A stretch of DNA of 10,123 nt from an uncultured bacterium (GTDB lineage: Bacteria; Gemmatimonadota; Gemmatimonadetes; Gemmatimonadales; Gemmatimonadaceae): contig CAXBQP010000072.1 in NCBI GenBank assembly GCA_963978095.1, positions 1 to 10,123 on the forward strand, given 5' to 3'. A program made the translations under genes and the position numbers. Under the pieces are notes generated by a model, which saw only the letters and a program-made list of their open reading frames with translations, made no database searches and was not told the origin of the DNA. Positions 7,736-10,123 of the stretch are shown in pieces; within the stretch, counting starts at the first letter, position 1, and each line of letters starts with the position of its first letter.

Positions 7736-8917
7736 ATGACCGAGCGCCTGTATTACACCGACGCCTATGCCACGCAGTTCACCGCGACCGTTGTCGAGGT
7801 CGCTGGTGATCGCGTCTATCTCGACCGGACCCTCTTCTACCCCACGAGCGGGGGTCAACCGCATGACTTGGGGACGCTGGGCGGAGAACCGATCGCCGAT
7901 GTCGTGGACGAGGACGCCCGTATCGCGCACCTCTTTTCGCGGCCATCGCGGCTCGCGGTCGGGGAGCAGGTCACCGGAACGATCGACGGGACCCGCCGCT
8001 CCGATCACATGCAGCAGCACACCGGCCAGCATCTGCTCTCGGCGGTGTTCGAGGATCTGTTCGGCCACAAGACCGTGAGCGTGCACTTCGGCGACGTTTC
8101 CGCGACGCTCGATCTCGAGATCGACATGCTGTCGGCGGATCGGGCGGCGCGCGCCGAACGCCGTGCGAACGAGGTGGTGATGGCGGGGCATCTGGTGCAC
8201 GTGAGTTTCGAGCATGCCGCCACGGCAACAGGATTGCGCAAGCCGAGTGATCGTGAGGGAGAGATCCGGATCGTGGAGATCGCGGGGATCGATCGGAGTG
8301 CGTGTGGGGGCACGCATGTGCGGAATACCGCGGAGATCGGCCCGGTGACGATCCGTCGGGTGGAGAAGAGCAAGAAGCTGGTTCGCGTGGAGTTTTTGTG
8401 CGGGTGGCGCGCGCTGCAACGCGCGCGCGCGGACCACGCGGCGTTGCAGTCGATGGCCACACACCTCACGTGTGCGGTGGACGAACTGCCCGCGTTGGTG
8501 GCCGGCGCGAGCGAGTCGGCCAAGGCGTCCGAGAGCGAACGGCGCAAGCTCGCCGAACGGCTGGCCGTGTACCAGGTGCGCGAGCTGCGGGCCGTGCATG
8601 CGGCCGCTCAAGCCGCCACCGCGGATGGCGTGGTGCGGATCCACGATGCGAACGCCTCGGTGGATGAACTTCGCGCGCGCGCACACGCGGCATCGCTCGA
8701 ATCACGGACCCTGTATGCCGGCGCGGCGGGCACTCCCCCGACCGTGGTGCTCGCGGCGAGCGCCGACAGTGGCGTGAATGCAGGTGCGGTGCTCAAGCCC
8801 GCCCTCGCATCGGCCGGCGGTCGCGGCGGTGGCTCACCGCGCGTCGCGCAGGGGAGCGTGCCGACCGCCACGCAGGCGGCGGAGATCGTCGCGACTATTC
8901 TGCACGGGGCTTCATGA
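7736..8917 (+). CDS. alaX: AlaX-type alanyl-tRNA editing protein with C-terminal DHHA1-like domain (long AlaXp form), 393 aa
   Basis: Motifs MTERLYYTD, TLFYPTSGGQPHDLG, MQQHTGQHLLSA (HxxxH), ACGGTHV (CxxxH) and C-terminal GGRGGGS..AQG. No aminoacylation domain. The start was moved from 7532 to ATG 7736. Confidence 0.92.
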   Translation: MTERLYYTDAYATQFTATVVEVAGDRVYLDRTLFYPTSGGQPHDLGTLGGEPIADVVDEDARIAHLFSRPSRLAVGEQVTGTIDGTRRSDHMQQHTGQHLLSAVFEDLFGHKTVSVHFGDVSATLDLEIDMLSADRAARAERRANEVVMAGHLVHVSFEHAATATGLRKPSDREGEIRIVEIAGIDRSACGGTHVRNTAEIGPVTIRRVEKSKKLVRVEFLCGWRALQRARADHAALQSMATHLTCAVDELPALVAGASESAKASESERRKLAERLAVYQVRELRAVHAAAQAATADGVVRIHDANASVDELRARAHAASLESRTLYAGAAGTPPTVVLAASADSGVNAGAVLKPALASAGGRGGGSPRVAQGSVPTATQAAEIVATILHGAS

Positions 8918-8929
8918 GCGTTGGCGACG

Positions 8930-9029
8930 CAGGCACGAGCGTTACTGCGCGAAGTTACTGATTATTGCAAAATTGTCTTTATGATGTTCTGATGATGTCC
9001 TATTGATGTTGTTTATTACAGGCGCGAGC
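8930..9029. repeat. AT-rich island with phased TGATGT repeats, flanked by CAGGCRCGAGC direct repeats
   Basis: 8951-9020 has 20 G+C in 70 nt. TGATGT occurs at 8982, 8993 and 9004; GTTACTG at 8941 and 8954; CAGGCACGAGC at 8930-8940 and CAGGCGCGAGC at 9019-9029. Confidence 0.6.
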
Positions 9030-9075
9030 ATATGGGTCTTGCTGGTGTTCGCGACCTTCGCGTGGAGCCGACGCC

Positions 9076-9834
9076 CTACTTCTTGACGACCTTCGCTTCT
9101 TCGACGATCAGCGGGTAGCTGTATCCGGCGCCGAAGTTCTTGTCGAGGCTTACCCTGCCGGTGACGGTAATGGTCGCGTGCAGCGCGGCGGCGTCCATCG
9201 AGGTGACCGTGATGTCGTGCGTGCCCTTGGCCGCCTCGCCGCTGCCGTCCTGCAGGTGGATCCAGTTCTTCCCCATGACACCGGGGTTGTACTTCACGAC
9301 CACTCCGCGGATTGTCACGGGTTTGCCGGCGAGTGCTCCCTTCTGCGCCCACAACTCGGCGATCGTGTGCGCGTCGGCACCAGACGCCTTCTCCACCTTG
9401 CCGACCTTCGCATCCACCGCCGGCGGCGTGCCAACCGATTTCGGTGCCGCTGCACCAGCCATTGCGCCGGCGGGCGGCGCTTCAGGCGGCGTGAGATTGC
9501 CGAAGTAGACTTCGTCGAACGTGCGGTTGAGGGTCTTCGATTCGAACTTCCCCATCGCGAGAGCGCCGTACACCGTGACGGGGGTGCCAACCGCGATCTT
9601 CGCCTCGGGGACGGCGACCCACACATCACCCGTGGCCGTCTTGAGTTTCAGGTAGACGTACGGCGACGCGGGGAGTTGTTCGAGCACCGAACCGCTGATG
9701 GTGTTGGCGTCCGCGGTGGTGGCGGCAGCAACCTGGCCGACGCCCTGGCCGAGCGGTTGCTTCTCAGGCTCCTTGGTCTTGGTGCACGCGAGCACGGTAG
9801 CGGCCAAGGAGAGCAGCGCGAGGGAACGACGCAT
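9076..9834 (-). CDS. Lipoprotein with two predicted OB-fold-like beta domains (NrfJ-like conserved hypothetical), 252 aa
   Basis: Lipobox VLA|C17 after MRR plus a hydrophobic stretch. Domain 1: GSVLE..YVYLKL..WVAVP..FESKTLNRTFDEVYF. Pro/Ala linker. Domain 2: LAGKPVTIRGVVVK..MGKNWIHLQDGSG..DKNFGAGYSY. The track's start at 10068 lies in adapter sequence. The NrfJ-like label is from recall of the family and is unverified. Confidence 0.8.
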   Translation of the reverse strand: MRRSLALLSLAATVLACTKTKEPEKQPLGQGVGQVAAATTADANTISGSVLEQLPASPYVYLKLKTATGDVWVAVPEAKIAVGTPVTVYGALAMGKFESKTLNRTFDEVYFGNLTPPEAPPAGAMAGAAAPKSVGTPPAVDAKVGKVEKASGADAHTIAELWAQKGALAGKPVTIRGVVVKYNPGVMGKNWIHLQDGSGEAAKGTHDITVTSMDAAALHATITVTGRVSLDKNFGAGYSYPLIVEEAKVVKK

Positions 9835-9868
9835 GGGTAACTCTGCAGGAAAGGGTCGAGGGGTGCCG

Positions 9869-9930
9869 ATGCAGAACCCGGAAGGACCGGTTACTCCACG
9901 TATGGTAACCGGATGGCCGGGACGCTCGAA
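9869..9930. promoter_or_regulatory. Inverted repeat CCGGTTAC-N10-GTAACCGG; candidate back-to-back ECF sigma factor promoters
   Basis: Arms at 9887-9894 and 9905-9912. Plus strand: GTAACC(9905-9910)-N16-CGAA(9927-9930). Minus strand: GTAACC(9894-9889)-N16-GCAT(9872-9869), pointing at the lipoprotein ATG. Confidence 0.5.
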
Positions 9931-10007
9931 ATGGAAGAATCCCTGACGCGGGTGCAGGGAAACCGGATTCGCCGAGCCCTCCCCTGACACCGCGAATCGC
10001 TGCAACG

Positions 10008-10050
10008 CGCGCGGCGGTGGCACCCTACCCTCGGGTACCACCGCCGCGCG
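10008..10050. terminator. Strong GC-rich hairpin (18-bp stem, 7-nt loop); terminator-like or REP-like
   Basis: CGCGCGGCGGTGGCACCC (10008-10025) / GGGTACCACCGCCGCGCG (10033-10050), 17/18 complementary. The mismatch is a U-G wobble on the minus strand. No U-tract is visible on either side, but the 3' side is cut by adapter. Confidence 0.5.
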
Positions 10051-10053
10051 ATC

Positions 10054-10123
10054 AGATCGGAAGAGCACACGTCTGAACTCCAGTCACGTGGCCTTATCTC
10101 GTATGCCGTCTTCTGCTTGAAAA
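10054..10123 (+). other. Illumina TruSeq indexed adapter read-through (sequencing artefact)
   Basis: AGATCGGAAGAGCACACGTCTGAACTCCAGTCAC (10054-10087), index GTGGCCTT (10088-10095), ATCTCGTATGCCGTCTTCTGCTTG (10096-10119), then AAAA. Confidence 0.99.

Noticed and set aside
84..8777. Many long alternative-frame and antisense ORFs (e.g. 2915-4132 +, 7688-8686 -, 4097-5035 -, 1726-2655 -, 4668-5528 -)
   Set aside because: They overlap genes with clear family motifs, are Arg/Gly/Ala/Pro-rich without motifs, and are expected shadows in high-GC DNA.
8944..8973. Resemblance to a XerCD dif site (TGCGC...TTATT...AAAT)
   Set aside because: It lacks the inner ATAA-N6-TTAT symmetry, and the XerD arm TTATGTTAAAT does not match in register.
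8981..9010. Integron attI-like TGATGTT or box C/D-like (TGATGA/CTGA) motifs
   Set aside because: No integron integrase or attC cassette is nearby; the C/D boxes are in the wrong arrangement and the context is bacterial.
8942..9031. 29-aa minus-strand ORF MLAPVINNINRTSSEHHKDNFAIISNFAQ across the AT-rich island
   Set aside because: No RBS and codon usage unlike the genome. It cannot be excluded without ribosome profiling, but it is unsupported.
9052..9096. CGACCTTCGC repeated at 9052 and 9087 (possible duplicated gene 3' end or att site)
   Set aside because: A third copy at 9402 simply encodes the common AKV tripeptide, and the repeat does not include the stop codon; likely chance.
9904..9995. 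Fragments resembling c-di-GMP-I (GGTAACC...GGGACGC) and cobalamin (AGGGAA.CCGG...CCCC) riboswitches
   Set aside because: Key elements are missing: the GNRA tetraloop and GCAAAG/P3 for c-di-GMP-I; the T-loop GGTGnAAnTCC, the paired flanks and the 3' B12 box for cobalamin.
9835..10068. Extended 330-aa version of the lipoprotein ORF
   Set aside because: The start codon lies in adapter sequence; the lipobox defines ATG 9834 as the start.

Overview
High-GC bacterial contig end (about two-thirds G+C by eye). Gene style, with starts lacking Shine-Dalgarno (SD) sequences and TAnnnT -10 boxes, is reminiscent of Gemmatimonadota, but the taxonomy is inference only. Gene order: 2-oxoacid:ferredoxin oxidoreductase beta subunit (+); secreted M20 metallohydrolase (+); a minus-strand cluster of two tandem paralogous secreted 2-Cys hypothetical proteins followed by a DDAH-family amidinohydrolase; a second secreted M20 hydrolase (+); a translationally coupled GNAT-cupin-RBBP9/YdeN hydrolase operon (-) divergent from an AlaX-type tRNA-editing protein (+); and an OB-fold-like lipoprotein (-). 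The last 70 nt (10054-10123) are untrimmed Illumina TruSeq adapter, not biology. The coding content is mostly ordinary. The signals worth a second look are: (i) an ~80 bp, 29% GC island between convergent genes, with 11-bp-phased TGATGT repeats and flanking 11-bp direct repeats; (ii) back-to-back ECF-sigma-like promoters at ~9870-9930, one pointing into a structured non-coding stretch; (iii) the uncharacterised paralog pair linked to DDAH; (iv) a mirror-image divergent promoter between the GNAT operon and AlaX. No CRISPR array, tRNA, rRNA, integrase or transposase was seen, and no complete novel system can be established from this window alone.
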